DNA of 61,505 bases, filler included, from Sluysia triapertura (Eukaryota), in the NCBI GenBank assembly GCA_046118255.1. It is 5 parts of 5 records of this genome, joined end to end, with 100 filler letters (N's around TTAATTAATTAA, not from the genome) between each part and the next. Parts side by side here need not be neighbours in the genome. Positions count along the whole stretch, not along the records: positions 1 to 10,782 come from JBJNIA010193560.1; positions 10,883 to 24,150 come from JBJNIA010048896.1; 3 more parts are not named here. One strand, written 5' to 3'. Below are positions 1 through 13,335 of this stretch, in pieces. Each line of letters starts with the position of its first letter. Positions within the stretch are counted from its first letter, which is position 1. The notes beneath the pieces are model-generated. The model worked only from the letters and a program-made list of their open reading frames with translations, had not been told where the DNA came from and ran no database searches. Both the position numbers and the translations under genes were made by a program.

Positions 1-1225
1 TTAAAAAATCACGTCCAACAAAATGAATATCTAAATAATTAATTATTAACAATTTATTAACTTTATAACCTGCAGAAGAAAACTCTATGTTAGCCAAAAA
101 AATTGATAATTTCATCATATATTTCTTTACACAAAATTATAACTACAAGAATAAAAACATTATTTAATATTTATTTAATGTAAAATGTTTAAATATTTTT
201 GTTATATCTAAATTTATTTAGATTAAATTTCAATAATTTTACGTATAAAATTTGTTTTTCCGTTAAAAGAAATTAAACACCTGAGCAATTAACTTAGAAG
301 TGACCAAGGATGACAGAAATATTCGTCAATAAGGTCCGGTATCCGTTAATAAAAAATGCTCAAAATAATTTGTTGTTTTAGTTATGGTTAACCAAGCAAT
401 CAAACCTTCTCATAACAATCGAGTTTGAATACAACTTCAATTAAGTCTTTTCATTTGAAACTTTGATCATTTTGTCCTTTTCACCATTAGCATTTTTAAT
501 TTTATAGAATTATTCAGCCGTGTTTCTAATTCCTTATTCGCAGAAATGACTTTTTTCATTTATAGAAACATTTTCTATGTTTGAATTACTCTTTTTTCCA
601 AAATATAATTTATGAAAATTCTAAATTACCTTCACTGATTTTATCTTATACCCAAATGTTGCTTTTCAATCTTTAAAACAAATAATAAATTTATCAAAAA
701 ATCCAAACTCAAGGAAGCAGACCTTGGGCCTGTATAGAAGAAAATGTATTAAGACAGAATTAAGAAATAGTTAATAACAGCAAAATTATTTCAATAAAGC
801 ATTAGCTCTATACCAACAAAACAAGAAAGAAATAACTTGTAGTTATGACACTAAACTACATTTGGTTGGATAATTTTAACGTTGCGTAAATAATAATACA
901 TTTATTATAAACATACAATTATAATTTCTCACTTGAGAATAAAGCAACCCTTATGTGACATTTTTCCAATGAACAAAAACATGTTTTATCTTACTATTTT
1001 TAGTAACACATCTCTGGGAAAGAAATGTATGTAAACTAAAATAAATGAAAACTAAGTATGATATATATAATAGGTATAGCGATTTTTGTTTAAGAATACC
1101 TAAATACATTTATTAATTATATTAAATTTGTTTATAAAATTTAACTTCAACTTTATAATTTAATCCAATAAAATCCAATTTATTATAAAAATAAATATTA
1201 AACAAAACTCTATTATACTTTATTT

Positions 1226-1828
1226 ATGTCATTCTTAATTATTTTTGTACAATTATTTGTTTTTGTTTATTCTGCATGTGTTGATCATTATAAAAATATT
1301 AGTGGTATATGTGCTGCTAATTTTGGTTATCATGCATTGCTTCTACCAATAGAAGCAATAAAATTATGTGATGATCATAAAGGTGTATTACCACAATTTA
1401 AGAATATACAAACTTTAACTAATTACTGGCGTTTAGATTCTCAATCTGTTTTTATTGGTATGACAGATGCTATTAATGAAACGTATAATACTGATTCAAA
1501 ATGGCACAATTTTGATGGTACGTCAATTAATAGTTCTTTTCCTTGGGCACTTAATGAACCTACCGGTAAAGGATTATACAGCGGAGATTGCATTAGATAC
1601 AATAATTATGTATTATACGATGCTCATTGTAATAATCGCCGGTACAAAAATATAATATTGTTTTGTGAATATAATTTTAAATATGATACAAAAATGAATG
1701 AAGTAAAACTGAACTTATACAATGGTGAATTATTTAATGCTGATGATGGCAGTCCTGAGTTCTTCGAAGTATTTGAAAAGGATGTGTTGTTTATATGTGT
1801 TATGAGGTTATTAAAATTATATATATAA
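1226..1828 (+). CDS. Secreted C-type lectin domain protein, single exon
   Basis: 200-aa ORF with a hydrophobic signal peptide, then CTLD hallmarks: EAIKLCDDHKGVL, VFIGMTD, WALNEP, DCIRY..LYDAHC..FCE. A local duplication of AAATTATATATA near 1815-1840 may truncate the C-terminus. Confidence 0.85.
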   Translation: MSFLIIFVQLFVFVYSACVDHYKNISGICAANFGYHALLLPIEAIKLCDDHKGVLPQFKNIQTLTNYWRLDSQSVFIGMTDAINETYNTDSKWHNFDGTSINSSFPWALNEPTGKGLYSGDCIRYNNYVLYDAHCNNRRYKNIILFCEYNFKYDTKMNEVKLNLYNGELFNADDGSPEFFEVFEKDVLFICVMRLLKLYI

Positions 1829-4800
1829 AATTATATATATGTATAATTTAAGTATGAAAATGAAATCTAAAAAGTAGATTAAAATAATTTAAAATATATT
1901 GTTGGTGTTTAATCTTTTATTTAAATGTAATGTGAAACGTGATTCTAGACTTATACACTTAAAGACTAGTCCGTAGATATTAGCAAATATAATAGTGAAG
2001 GTTTATTTTTGAATTTAACTATTGTAGTAAATCCTTAAATATGTCTTTTAGCTTATTAATGATAATTACGTGCAATTAATTCTTTAATAAGAAAATCAGT
2101 GATAATTAATAATTTAAGTAGGATTTTGCTACCGTGTAATTATAAACAGTATTCCTTACTAAACTTCTTTATTAATCAAATTCTAATAATCCAAAGTATA
2201 TTAACGACAAAAAATGATTTAACAATAAGATATATAAAAATTAGAAATGATCTATTATAACATATTTAGAAAATAAGTTTTTACTAGATTAATATATAAT
2301 CAATAAGGGAATGATGTATTTTACTAAAAATTTTTATTTACAAGACCAATATGGGGTCTTTTAAAAAAATAGATGTTATGAAATAGATTTTTCTACCTAC
2401 TAAAATAGGTACTACGTCTTAACATTAACTAACGAATAAATTATTATTTTCGAAGAAGCCATAAATATATTGAGTATGGTTCACTATTCGAAGAAATCCG
2501 TAGAAATAGTTATTTTTGAATTAATTTGCTAATCGTAGAAACCGTATAAAATTTATTGAGTTATTTAGATCCAAATTTAGTACCAATTGTAGAAGCAATG
2601 AGATTTAACGGTTTTTCCAGATAAGTCGTAAATTGTGTATTGAATTTTAGATATTTATAGCTAGTGCTTTTATATTCTTTGTAATGAGATGGACTTTGTT
2701 ATGCAGTTTAAACAAAATGATTTTAATTGTGCATTTTAAATAGAATATTATAATTATTTTAATATTTTAATTATTAATTATTTTATAAAATAATTGATTC
2801 ACAAACATAGTGTATGTAATTATGTACATTTAAATTACATCTATTAAGGCTGAAATTGGATTTTGACATATTTAATCAATCATGTTTCTATTTGCATAAT
2901 GAAAAATAATACGTATTTACGTTTTCTGAAACTTATGTGGAACATTTTCAGCTTTTTTAAGATCTGGAGGTTATTCGGTAGATGAATGTTCTAAAAATGT
3001 TGAGAAAATAACTTGAATCAAAATTTTTAATCGCATACATTATAAAAGATGAAATAAAAGTGTTTCTTCTTAATTGTTTTAATAAATCATATTGAATATT
3101 GGCTTAGCAGTAAATGGATATAAGAACTTTCAAACAAAAAACCTACACACAATTTGCAATGGTTTCCTTTTTTGAAGTGTGTGTGAGTCTGTGGAAATGG
3201 ATATAAAGAAAACTCAGAGCGAAAAGTGCGTTTGTGAAAATAATATGGGGAATGTGTTACTAAAAATGGAAGAGTTAACAATTTTTGCATGATGCCGAAA
3301 ATAAGTTAATAAGAATAGAAATGGTATATTTACTTTAAATGGACATGAAACATTTTAGAAGAACTTAAAAGAAATTTTAAAGTGAAAAAGTACTTTCATA
3401 AAGGATCAAAATGTGACTACATTTGGAACTGTGCCAAGAACGTATCTAAGAAACACCACAACAAATCAATATACGAAAAGCTGTTATAGAATCGAGCTTA
3501 TGTATGTGGCACCTTTTATAATTTTATGCATTATTATTGTGAGAATTTTAAAAGATACGATAGAATAAAACAGAATTTAGCGTGAGTCCACCAACGTACT
3601 GGGCTTACTAGTTAGGGCCAGCCGTTGAATTTATAAAAAATTCTTTGAAGTAAAGACTGCCTACAATGTAGCTTTTGCTAGAGTCTTCTTTGCTTAATGA
3701 CTAACTGTTGATTTAAACTGTCCAAGATATGCTTAATTTTGTTATGATTTTAGTGAGGTCTGGATGTATACAAATTAAATATTAAAAACAATCAGATCGG
3801 TAATTTAGTAAGTATTTTACTATGATTCTATGAAAAAGGATCTTATGACAAATAATTTACGAAATTAGAAATAAATTCTAATAAGGAAAAACTTCACTTT
3901 GGGATATATTTTATATTTGAAGCTATATAAGTTAATTACAAAAACTGATAACAAATTTTCTAATAAAATCTATTAATAAAATTGATCAATAAAATTTACA
4001 GTCAAAAATTATAAAAATAAAATTTTTTGAAATTAACTGTTATTAAGTTAATTTCGTCGATCAATGAATTTAGACAATAAGTTACGAAGAACCGATAAAT
4101 GGTTCCCAAAATTCTTTACTAAAAATTGAATTTAAGTGTATTGTACGCGTGATATCTTTCAGATGTCAAATCTTAACATAAATAAACTAACTATTATTTT
4201 TGAAAGGAACAAATTTTAATAAGCCGGCCAAGGATAGGTATTTGAGAATGTCGAAAAATGATATCGCAAGAATTATGCCCTTTAAAAATTTCTACCTCTC
4301 AATTATGTTTCAAAAATTGAACTATCAATTTTCTTGTGAGTTGTGATTTATGCACTGTTTATATATTAATTTTTTCCTAACCTTGGACAGATTACTAACA
4401 TTAAATTATTAAAACAAATTTAAAATTTATATCTAATAAATTTATATTTAATTAATAAATTAAAAATTACTTACATAATCCAAATTATAAAAATTGTAAA
4501 ATCCAAAATAAAATAGATGATTATAAATTACAACATGAATAATATATACAGAATCAGTTTATCAATAAAATAAATCATCAATAAATAAAAAACACAATAT
4601 AGTCATTTATAGTTCACTACACATAATATAGTCATTGCATTATTTATGGAACTTTACAAAAAATTAAAATAATACTGAATAACATTTGATCAAATAGTCA
4701 ATTATTAATTATAGTAATAACGCACAATGAAGCCAAAAAGACTCAAACGCAAAAATCCAAAGGTTATATATTATTCATCGCATTAAAGCTCTCATTAAGC

Positions 4801-7432
4801 TCTAACAAAATGAGTATCATTTTTTACTATACAACCAATGCTGTCACAAATTTCAAATTTTTATTATTAAATCTTAAGTGTTTGCGTATTATGCTATATA
4901 CTCATGTAACTTGAGGCGTTTGAAATAATAATTACAGTATTTCGAAAGTAGAAATACAGACAAAATGCCAGTGCTACTTTTTCGATAAAACTTATTAATA
5001 ACTTTCATTCTTACTTTTATTTTCAATTTTACGTTTACCTTTATTTTTTCTATTGCATTCACTTTCATACTTACTATTAAATTTATTTTCAATTTACTGG
5101 CATCGACTTTCATATTTTGATCTTAAAAACAATCCAATTTCAATATCTATAACTATCGATGTTTAATGAATTTATGAAAGAACTAAGAACCTATCACTAT
5201 ATATAAAAATGAAGCAATTAGATCTTATCGATAATTGGACAACACAATCATAGAATTCATTTATTCACCAATGTGAAAGTGATAATTATCAATAAATATA
5301 GTTTTTCATACAACCTTTAATATTTGTGGAATAAGACTTCTTAGTAAATGAAGTTTCTTTAAGTTTTTGTTCATGGATAATCTTTACCACAGATTCAGAA
5401 CCGCCTTCAGACGCTTCGCCAGCTTCTTCTTTATGGTACTGGGATTCATTGAATAATCTAGTTAATCTCGTGATTTTTTTCTGTGGCTTAAATTACATTT
5501 TACCTATCATTGAGCTTAACAATATTATTTGAATTATCTTTTCATATGAATTGTTTCTTTTAAAGTTCTTTGTTAGTTAATTCGATTTGAACAATTTTAT
5601 TTCCTATGTTGTCGAATTGCCTCTGCAGTTGTAACTTTAAAAGGCAATTTTGGATAAATTAATTTATCTAGATTCCACGTATCAGCGATTAACGTTTGAA
5701 AATCATGATGAGGTTTTGAATTATCTTTGCTCATTAATTACGATATAATTTAAAATGTTGAGAATACAAACGTATTCACAGAAAATGTTTATTTCAACAT
5801 TTAAAAATGCTTATTTACAATTTAAATTTTTATATAATGCTTTATATAAATAAAAATTGATATGAGGTACCTAATTTATATTCAAATATTTGAATTAAAA
5901 TTAATCAATTAATTGATTAATTAAAAAAAGCAATTAATTAAACATGACAATAAAAAATGCTTATAATTTAAGTGAGATAAAAATAGAATGACAATATAAA
6001 CAAGAATATAGAAAATGATTGAAATTAAATAGCTGGTGTTTCAGGCACTCGAAAGTAGTTGTACAAGATCATGATAATACATACACAAATGCAATTAGTA
6101 ATATTTGCAAGACTTCGAATTTGTTTAGAATAAAAATTTAAAAAGAATTATTACTAAACATCTCTTAGTAACTATATAATCTATTAATAGTTGCTATCAT
6201 TAATTTTTATTAACTTAATAAGTCTATTGCATACTATTCGGTCAAACATTCCTACATTAATAATTCAAAACTTAGTAGAAAAAATTATCATTTGTTATCT
6301 GATGTCGTACAAAATAGAATCAGATGTTTGTAAATAAGTTTTAATAACACTTTATGTCATGCAATCGTTTTGAAAAAAACCGTAAAAATTTCTACTTTTT
6401 AGTAACCACGTTGAATCTATTCTTAGTAACACTGCTGTTGTGCAGCTATTATTGGCCATCATTGTACATACACGTTTTTGACAAATGCAACTCATTCCAT
6501 ATACATACTAGCACACTTTCATCAGAACAAAAGCATAACACATATTTTCTCTATCCATTTGCTATTCTTATCATAAAATTACTTTAATTTTAATAGAAAT
6601 TTATCGTTCCCAATTTTATTGATCGAAGTCAAATATTTTCTTAAATTTTATAGACAGCATTTTGTTATTTTTCAAATTATTGTTTACGTTTTTGGTTTTC
6701 AGTTCATGAAAATTATTTTTTTATTTTTTATTATGTATAATTTAAATTTCAGTGTAACAAAATAGTTAATATTGATGATACTAACATTTAGAATACTTCT
6801 GACTCAGTTAATTAATCATAACCAATTTTTCTTATTCGAAACAATAATGAATATCAAAAATGTGGTGTTTCATTCCGTAACTTACACTTTTATCACTGAC
6901 AAAAACATCAAAACATTTAATACAAAGTATTTACAAGCTCAATGAGTCACAGTTCTTACAACTTATCACGCTACATATTTAATACTTAAAAATAATTAAA
7001 TTAATTTCAAATTAATCTTATTACAAAACTTATTCTATTAAAATATTCTTAATTAATATTAATATTTTAAAACAAAAATAAAATAAAAAGTTACCAATAG
7101 CATGGATCTTCGCGTTTGTAATCAGCAGCGAATAAATTCAATTTTTTTACGTGTGACTGCCTTCCTAGTGAAATGTGAATTGGCTACAGTAGTTTCAAAT
7201 TCAGATTTCATTGGAGCAACTTAATTAATATCAGTTTAGTCATAGTTTCACTGGAAAAATTATAATTAAAAAATTTTAAAGCGACTCGTTAAAATTTGTT
7301 TTCGAATATTAAGTGTATAATTAGCTTTCTTTTCGAATAATTTCAACTATTTTCAATTAAATTTGGCAGTAATTTACTCTCGTAACCAAGATACAATTAT
7401 GGAAACACATGAATATTATCAAATGAATAATG

Positions 7433-7600
7433 TGTTAGACTTCATAAAATGGACTGACCGAGATTCTAACCCGGGGCTTCACGCTGAGCAGTTCCTATGC
7501 TCTAACCACTGATGTATCAGCCCCGTCTAACAATTTTATTTTATTATAGTCAATATTACTATCGTAATTCTACATGGCACTTTGGGCCTTTATCCCAACA
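7433..7600 (-). mobile_element. tRNA-Ala-like mini-element with TGTT...AACA termini, copy 1 (168 bp)
   Basis: Minus strand reads TGTTGGGATAAAGGCCCAAAGTGCCAT...TGTTAGAC-GGGGCTGA...TCAGTCCA-TTTT...GTCTAACA. Plus-strand flanks are AATG (7429-7432) and AGTG (7601-7604), a 4-bp TSD with one mismatch. Confidence 0.85.
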
Positions 7601-10600
7601 AGTGGATATTTATTTAACTTAAATATTATAATTTTATTAATTCATTATTATGGTGCTTTAGTAATTTCTAGTATATGTCAAGTAATATTACATGTACACG
7701 ATACCTATGAAATAGCACCATTCGGTATTATTCACAATTTCAATTGTTTTGTTAATGCTGTTAATGGAAATAGATTAATGTTAACATTGTTTAATTTGAA
7801 TTTAATAATCTAAACAGAAGACGATGTTTTACATTAACAGATAAGGCAAAATTACATGAATCAGAGAGTGACTTACTTGATGAATATGAAAGAAGCAATT
7901 ATGTTAATGCATTTATACATTTATTGTATGAGTAACATTACTGTTTTATTAGTCAAGATGGAAAGATATCAATTAGAATATTAAAAATCAAATACATAAA
8001 CGATTTTGAGGTACTTGGTATAATCTGTGGTCTTTCGCTGTATGACTTGGACATAAATTTTTTACAGCTTTTAATTTTTATTCATATGTGCAATAAATAT
8101 AATTCATACATCATTAGTTTTAATAATTTTTACTTATATTACTAATTTTTACTTATACCGCTTTAATAACTTATTTTAATTTAAAAGAATTGTGTAGTGA
8201 CTCAATTGTTTTATTGAAACCAGTTGGTATTTATTATTTAATAATTTATCAATCATTTTCACTATCTATTTATCAAGGAATTATACTGACTTTCAAACGT
8301 AATCTTTTAGATATCGTTATGTTTTTTACATTATTTTATTAGTTAATATAAAGTCTTGTATTTTAAATTTACTTATTTTGTTCGAATTACATTTTACGAT
8401 TTTTGTCAAATGCATTAAGCCTAAATTAAACGTTGTTAAAGTTATTTTTAAGTTAATTAATAAGTTAGTTAATCTTTATATCGTTAAAAATATCGTTGAT
8501 AAAACTTTTCATATAATTAAAATAAAAAATTTTATAACGCTCTTCACATGTATATAATTACTTATCAAATAAAATTCCTCGTACTTCAATTAGGATTGGT
8601 TATGGGAATTGAAATAAATTCATACCATGGACGATAAATCGGAAATAAAGTGGAAATCAGACTCAGCCATTGTTTTAAACCATTTAATTTTATAAAATAT
8701 TTTCCCGAACTTATCCATATAGATATAATGAAGGACTAACAACTCATAAGATTTCATTTTACTGCAAGGAAATATCTAAAATTAAATCTTTGTACATTTT
8801 TCAATGAACCATGAGTAAAATGCCTCATCACAAGGTTATCAAATATCATAGTAACTTGTCCACTTATATTGACAAGTATAACTTGAAATCCAACAGCAAT
8901 AAAATTCATATCATGATTCATAAAGTGATAGTCTTCTTTTATGTTTTTCAAGTTACATAAACAAAATTGTCCTATGTACAAGAAAATTTACTAAGTTTAA
9001 TTTAAATTTGTTCGAAATTCTAACATGTTATTCTATTATACGGCTATACTTTCTGAACATTTAGTATCATATTATAATTTCTCTTTCCCTTGGACGTTAT
9101 TCTGAACATATGTCCTAAACATTCTATATTCTATTATATTTCCTATCTTATAGAAACAGAGCAAAGCAAATTTAATGTGTTAATGTATTTTTGAAATCTA
9201 AAATGTATTTTTATTATTCAATATATAATTCATTGTCTTACAAACATTCTCAACAATTACAACATATTAAACACATCATTTAAATATCAGTCATTGTTTG
9301 TTGAAGTGAATAATTCTTCACGATTGTTATTGAAAGGTCTGCTTTTTGAAAAGTGAACTATTGATCAAAATAAGCAATAATTCAAAGGAATAAGATTTTA
9401 ATTCTAAGCTCGATGAGTAATCATATGTAATTTATCCAAATCATTGAATAATTTCTTCGGTTGTTTGTTTCATGTTGATTGGAATTATCTTGCTGAAGTA
9501 AAATTTTATTTCTTTTGACTGATTCTGCTAATGATAATAGCTTCAACTCATTTAAAATGATTTCAATATAAATGAGAGATGATAGACTGATCATCATGAG
9601 TCTTTTCGAATCAACTGTACCTTTAATATATCATCAAACCAATTTGGCCTCTACCTAATCATTCTTTTACATTTTATTTGTTACGAAAATGTATCGCTCG
9701 AGAAATTTGACTTACACAATTTTACCTGGATTTGTTTCAGTGGAAGTCTATAAGGCATTTAAATGTGTGGTGCTTCGGTAACCATGCTCATTAATATAAA
9801 ATTTATTCATTGCTAACATCAAAGCTTTCTACATCCTATATCATTTTATGTGTATACGCTAGCGTAATTCTATTTATCCAATAATACCGCAATAAGCCTG
9901 TAAATAATAAAATAACGTAAATAACGTAGGCGGACCCAGCTTATTAAATTTCTTTTTATAATTGTTTGAGTAGATAGAAACCGAACAAGCCCTTTACTAC
10001 AATTTTTTCAATTTCCAATTCATTTAAATTAAATAAATAAAAATATAAAATGCGTATTTAAAACGACATTTTTAACAGTAATTTGAAGCAGAAAATTTAA
10101 TAAAATTTATAATGTTCAAAGGCATTTTCATAAATTATTGTACAGAAATATCTCTAAATGAAATTCAAAGTTTCTAAAGTTTTCCAATAAAAAATTGTGA
10201 GATGCGATTAAATACTTTAATAATGCTTTCTTCTTCTCACCACCAAATAAGATTCTAAAGTGGTAGAAACATTTATAATACCTTTACTTCCATTTAATTT
10301 CCGCAACTCTCTTATTACTGAATCGTACTTCTTCATGCAAATTAGAATTTATACGTTCAACTATATATTTTAAAAATATATCAAACAAACAAAATACTGA
10401 TTTATCAAATTTCAATAAGTGAACCTTTTGGTTTTTGAAATCTTTTCTTATTACGCTATGTACTGAAAAATATTAAATAAACAATTAAATAAATAAATAT
10501 ATTAAATCACTTTATAATCATCCTATTTCAAACCACTGAAAAAGTTTTCAACAAAATGATAAAATCAGATGATGAAATCTTTGAAAATTCTACCAAAAGA

Positions 10601-10657
10601 GAATGAAACGTTTATATAAAATTATGTTTATATATAATTCAATTATTACATATTGTG

Positions 10658-10710
<53 letters not shown>

Positions 10711-10782
10711 TTGAGTATTTAAATCCTCTAAATTTCAATATATTTACAGAATAAATGAAAATTCTAACTTACATTAAAATCC

Positions 10783-10882
10783 NNNNNNNNNNNNNNNNNN
10801 NNNNNNNNNNNNNNNNNNNNNNNNNNTTAATTAATTAANNNNNNNNNNNNNNNNNNNNNNNNNNNNNNNNNNNNNNNNNNNN
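10783..10882. other. Assembly gap linker (44 N + TTAATTAATTAA + 44 N); identical linkers at 24151-24250, 35201-35300 and 48209-48308
   Basis: The same 100-bp structure occurs four times, and TTAATTAATTAA gives stops in all six frames. Confidence 0.97.
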
Positions 10883-11393
10883 TTATTGATAATAAATTAT
10901 ATTACGATTTTTTGTTTAATAGTACATCATTGTCTTAGTTTTGATTTGATTTTCAAGAACTAAAATTTGCTATAATAGTAATAATATTATAAAAGAAGAT
11001 TACCGCAGAAATATGTTAGACATACTGACTATTTAAATTATTAAGGTTCCTTTAAGCTAATCAAGTTGATATTGAATTGTATTAATAACTAATAAATTTT
11101 AAAGACGCAACATAATACCTTATCTTAAAGAATTACATTGATGCCAATATAATTCAAAATCATGGCAATAATTTATAAATTCTTATATTACGGAAGTCCT
11201 GAAATAATAAAATATTTGGAAACTATGATGAATATTTCATTGAGACATAATAATGTGTACAGAATCTACAATGATAATAAATTAAGTGATATATCGCTTA
11301 TGTTTCAAAAGTATATAACCAGTTACCATAAAATGTCAAATTAATGGAAGATTATGAAATATTTAAGAAAAAGGCAAAGTTCTTTCTGCTTCA

Positions 11394-12432
11394 GTGTAAA
11401 TAAATCATTAATGAACATGTAATCTTTAATCAATATGTAAATAAATCATTAACCAATAAATAAAATTTGATGTATGAGACATGTATGTTAAATAGAATCA
11501 AATATTGTAATGTGTGCATAAAATAATATTGTTGTAAATATAATAAAATCTGAAAATTCTAAATGTGTAAAATTGTATTTATTGATTTATTGATTAGTAC
11601 AATTGTTTATTTTAAATTCATATTTATTTAATTCAAAAATTTTTTAACCGGAGTAATTTGTAATTTAAATTGGAATAATTTGATATTTTAATGATTAAAG
11701 TAAAATTTTTATTAATTTTTAATTTTAATTTTTTAATCTAATTATAATATTGATTATAATACTAATTTTTACATAAAATTTTGCAAAGGAATGTATTTAT
11801 TTTTATAATTTTGTTTTAATAATGACCTCAAGGTAACTTTTGTAATATATAAGAACCCAAAAAACAAACATAAAATCACACAAAATCTTATGAAAATAAT
11901 TCGATCCGTGTTGAACTGCATCAATTTCAAGACATTTAAGAATTCGTGGGTGAAGAGCTAAGCTGCCAATACAATTATCGTTAGTTTTTATTAATAAGTA
12001 CTTTTCAATTTTTAAAATTGCCTACTTAAAATATACGAAATATTCAGTTCAGCTGTTGCTGCTATTTCAAAGTAGCATATTAAATTTCTCATTTAAAATT
12101 TTCTTATTAAAGATCACATATTGATTAATGATTTATTTACACATATTTAAACATTAAAAAATTTTTGAATTAAATAAATAAAAATTTATAATAAACAATT
12201 GTACTAATCAATAAATCAATAAATACAATTTTACACATTTAGATTTTTCAGATTTTATTATATTTACAACAATATTATTTTATACACATATTTCAATATT
12301 TGATTTTATTTAACATACATGTTTCTTACACATCAAATTTTATTTATTGGTTAATGATTTATTTACATATTGATTAATGATTTATTTACATATTGATTAA
12401 TGATTACATAATGATTAATGATTTATTTACAC
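11394..12432. repeat. Long inverted repeat (about 255-bp arms, 11394-11647 and 12154-12432) of an AT-rich dispersed family
   Basis: The arms are near-perfect reverse complements, e.g. ATTTATTGATTTATTGATTAGTACAATTGTTTAT vs ATAAACAATTGTACTAATCAATAAATCAATAAAT. No clear TSD. Confidence 0.85.
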
Positions 12433-12501
12433 ATATTTACATCAGAAATATTATATTGAATGATCTATTTTAAGCGCTTTTGAGTACTTACTTTGTAGTA
12501 G

Positions 12502-12659
12502 AGTTGGGGTAAAAGGCCTAAAAGTGCCATTTGGTAAAATTGAATTTAATAAAAATGAAATTGTTAGACGGGGCTGATAGCTCGGTGGTACAGCATTCGA
12601 ACTGCGCAGCGATGGTCCCGGGTTCGATCCCCGATCAGTTCATTTTACGAAGTCTAACA
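12502..12659 (+). mobile_element. tRNA-Ala-like mini-element, copy 2 (158 bp)
   Basis: AGTTGGGGTAAAAGGCCTAAAAGTGCCAT...TGTTAGAC(12562)-tRNA-like-TTTT...GTCTAACA(12659). Perfect 4-bp TSD GTAG at 12498-12501 and 12660-12663. Confidence 0.9.
12571..12642 (+). ncRNA. tRNA-Ala-derived Pol III unit (pseudo-tRNA) inside the mini-element
   Basis: Acceptor stem GGGCTGA/TCAGTTC, A box TAGCTCGGTGG, B box GGTTCGATCCC, discriminator A, then TTTT at 12643-12646. The anticodon stem does not pair properly, so it is not a canonical tRNA gene. Confidence 0.75.
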
Positions 12660-12699
12660 GTAGATATGAGCGCAATATAAATTAATATATTATTATTAA

Positions 12700-13335
12700 T
12701 AACAACCACATTTTAATAATAGCAACAATGATTTTATTTTTCAAACATTTTAAAAATCGCAACAACTTTATAAATACATATCGAGTTTTCAAAATTAAAT
12801 GAAGGTTAATAAAGTCTTAAATGATCTCAAGGTTAAGAAGTTCATAGGTGGCTTAATTCTTCTAAAGGTTTTGCAAACCAATCTCAAACCTCCACAAAGT
12901 CGCAAGACCCCATAAAGGTCTTTGGAATTCCAAGGTGTTCTTCGGCTTTCAACATTACAACAAATGGTTTCTTCCTCGTTATTCTTACTTCAGCTGGATA
13001 GTCCAAACAGCTGCTAATTTCCTGATACCGAATTGCCTTTGGATGAATAATGTTGAAAATCTCTCAAACGAATATGATACTAAATTATGTCCTTGTTTTC
13101 AGAAAATGTTGTGTTTTATGATTCACTGTAGCCAGTATATATAGCAGTTAACAACCAATCAAAATTAAATAAAATTCTAGAATTTTCTAGAATATTCTTT
13201 TTTCCTTTTTAGAAAATAATATTTTCTTTTTTCAAAAACGTATTATCTTTTTTGGAAATTCATTTTCTTTTTCGAAAATTAACTCTATTTTTGTATTTTT
13301 AAAAATTTTAAAGGGTTGTGGATGACAACCTAATA
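12700..13335 (-). mobile_element. Solo-LTR-like element with HSE array, diverged copy; distal end not resolved
   Basis: Minus strand begins TATTAGGTTGTCATCCACAAC, compare TGTTAGGTTGTCATCACAA at 37177. Five phased nGAAn units at 13175-13197, then ATTGG and TATATA (13137-13160). Start coordinate approximate. Confidence 0.6.

Noticed and set aside
7095-10610. Minus-strand multi-exon gene (exon-like segments at ~7095-7220 and 10130-10465)
   Set aside because: Splice-like signals are present, but I could not build a stop-free, phase-consistent model or recognise a domain.
10827-10838. Recurrent TTAATTAATTAA palindrome as a biological motif
   Set aside because: It is always centred in identical N runs, so it is an assembly spacer.
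12340-12432. CRISPR-like array of ~21-bp repeats
   Set aside because: These are contiguous tandem units (ATTGATTAATGATTTATTTACAT) without unique spacers, in a eukaryotic context with no cas genes.
12571-12642. Functional tRNA-Ala gene
   Set aside because: The anticodon stem is unpaired, the three copies differ freely, and each is bounded by shared termini and TSDs. It is treated as mobile-element cargo.
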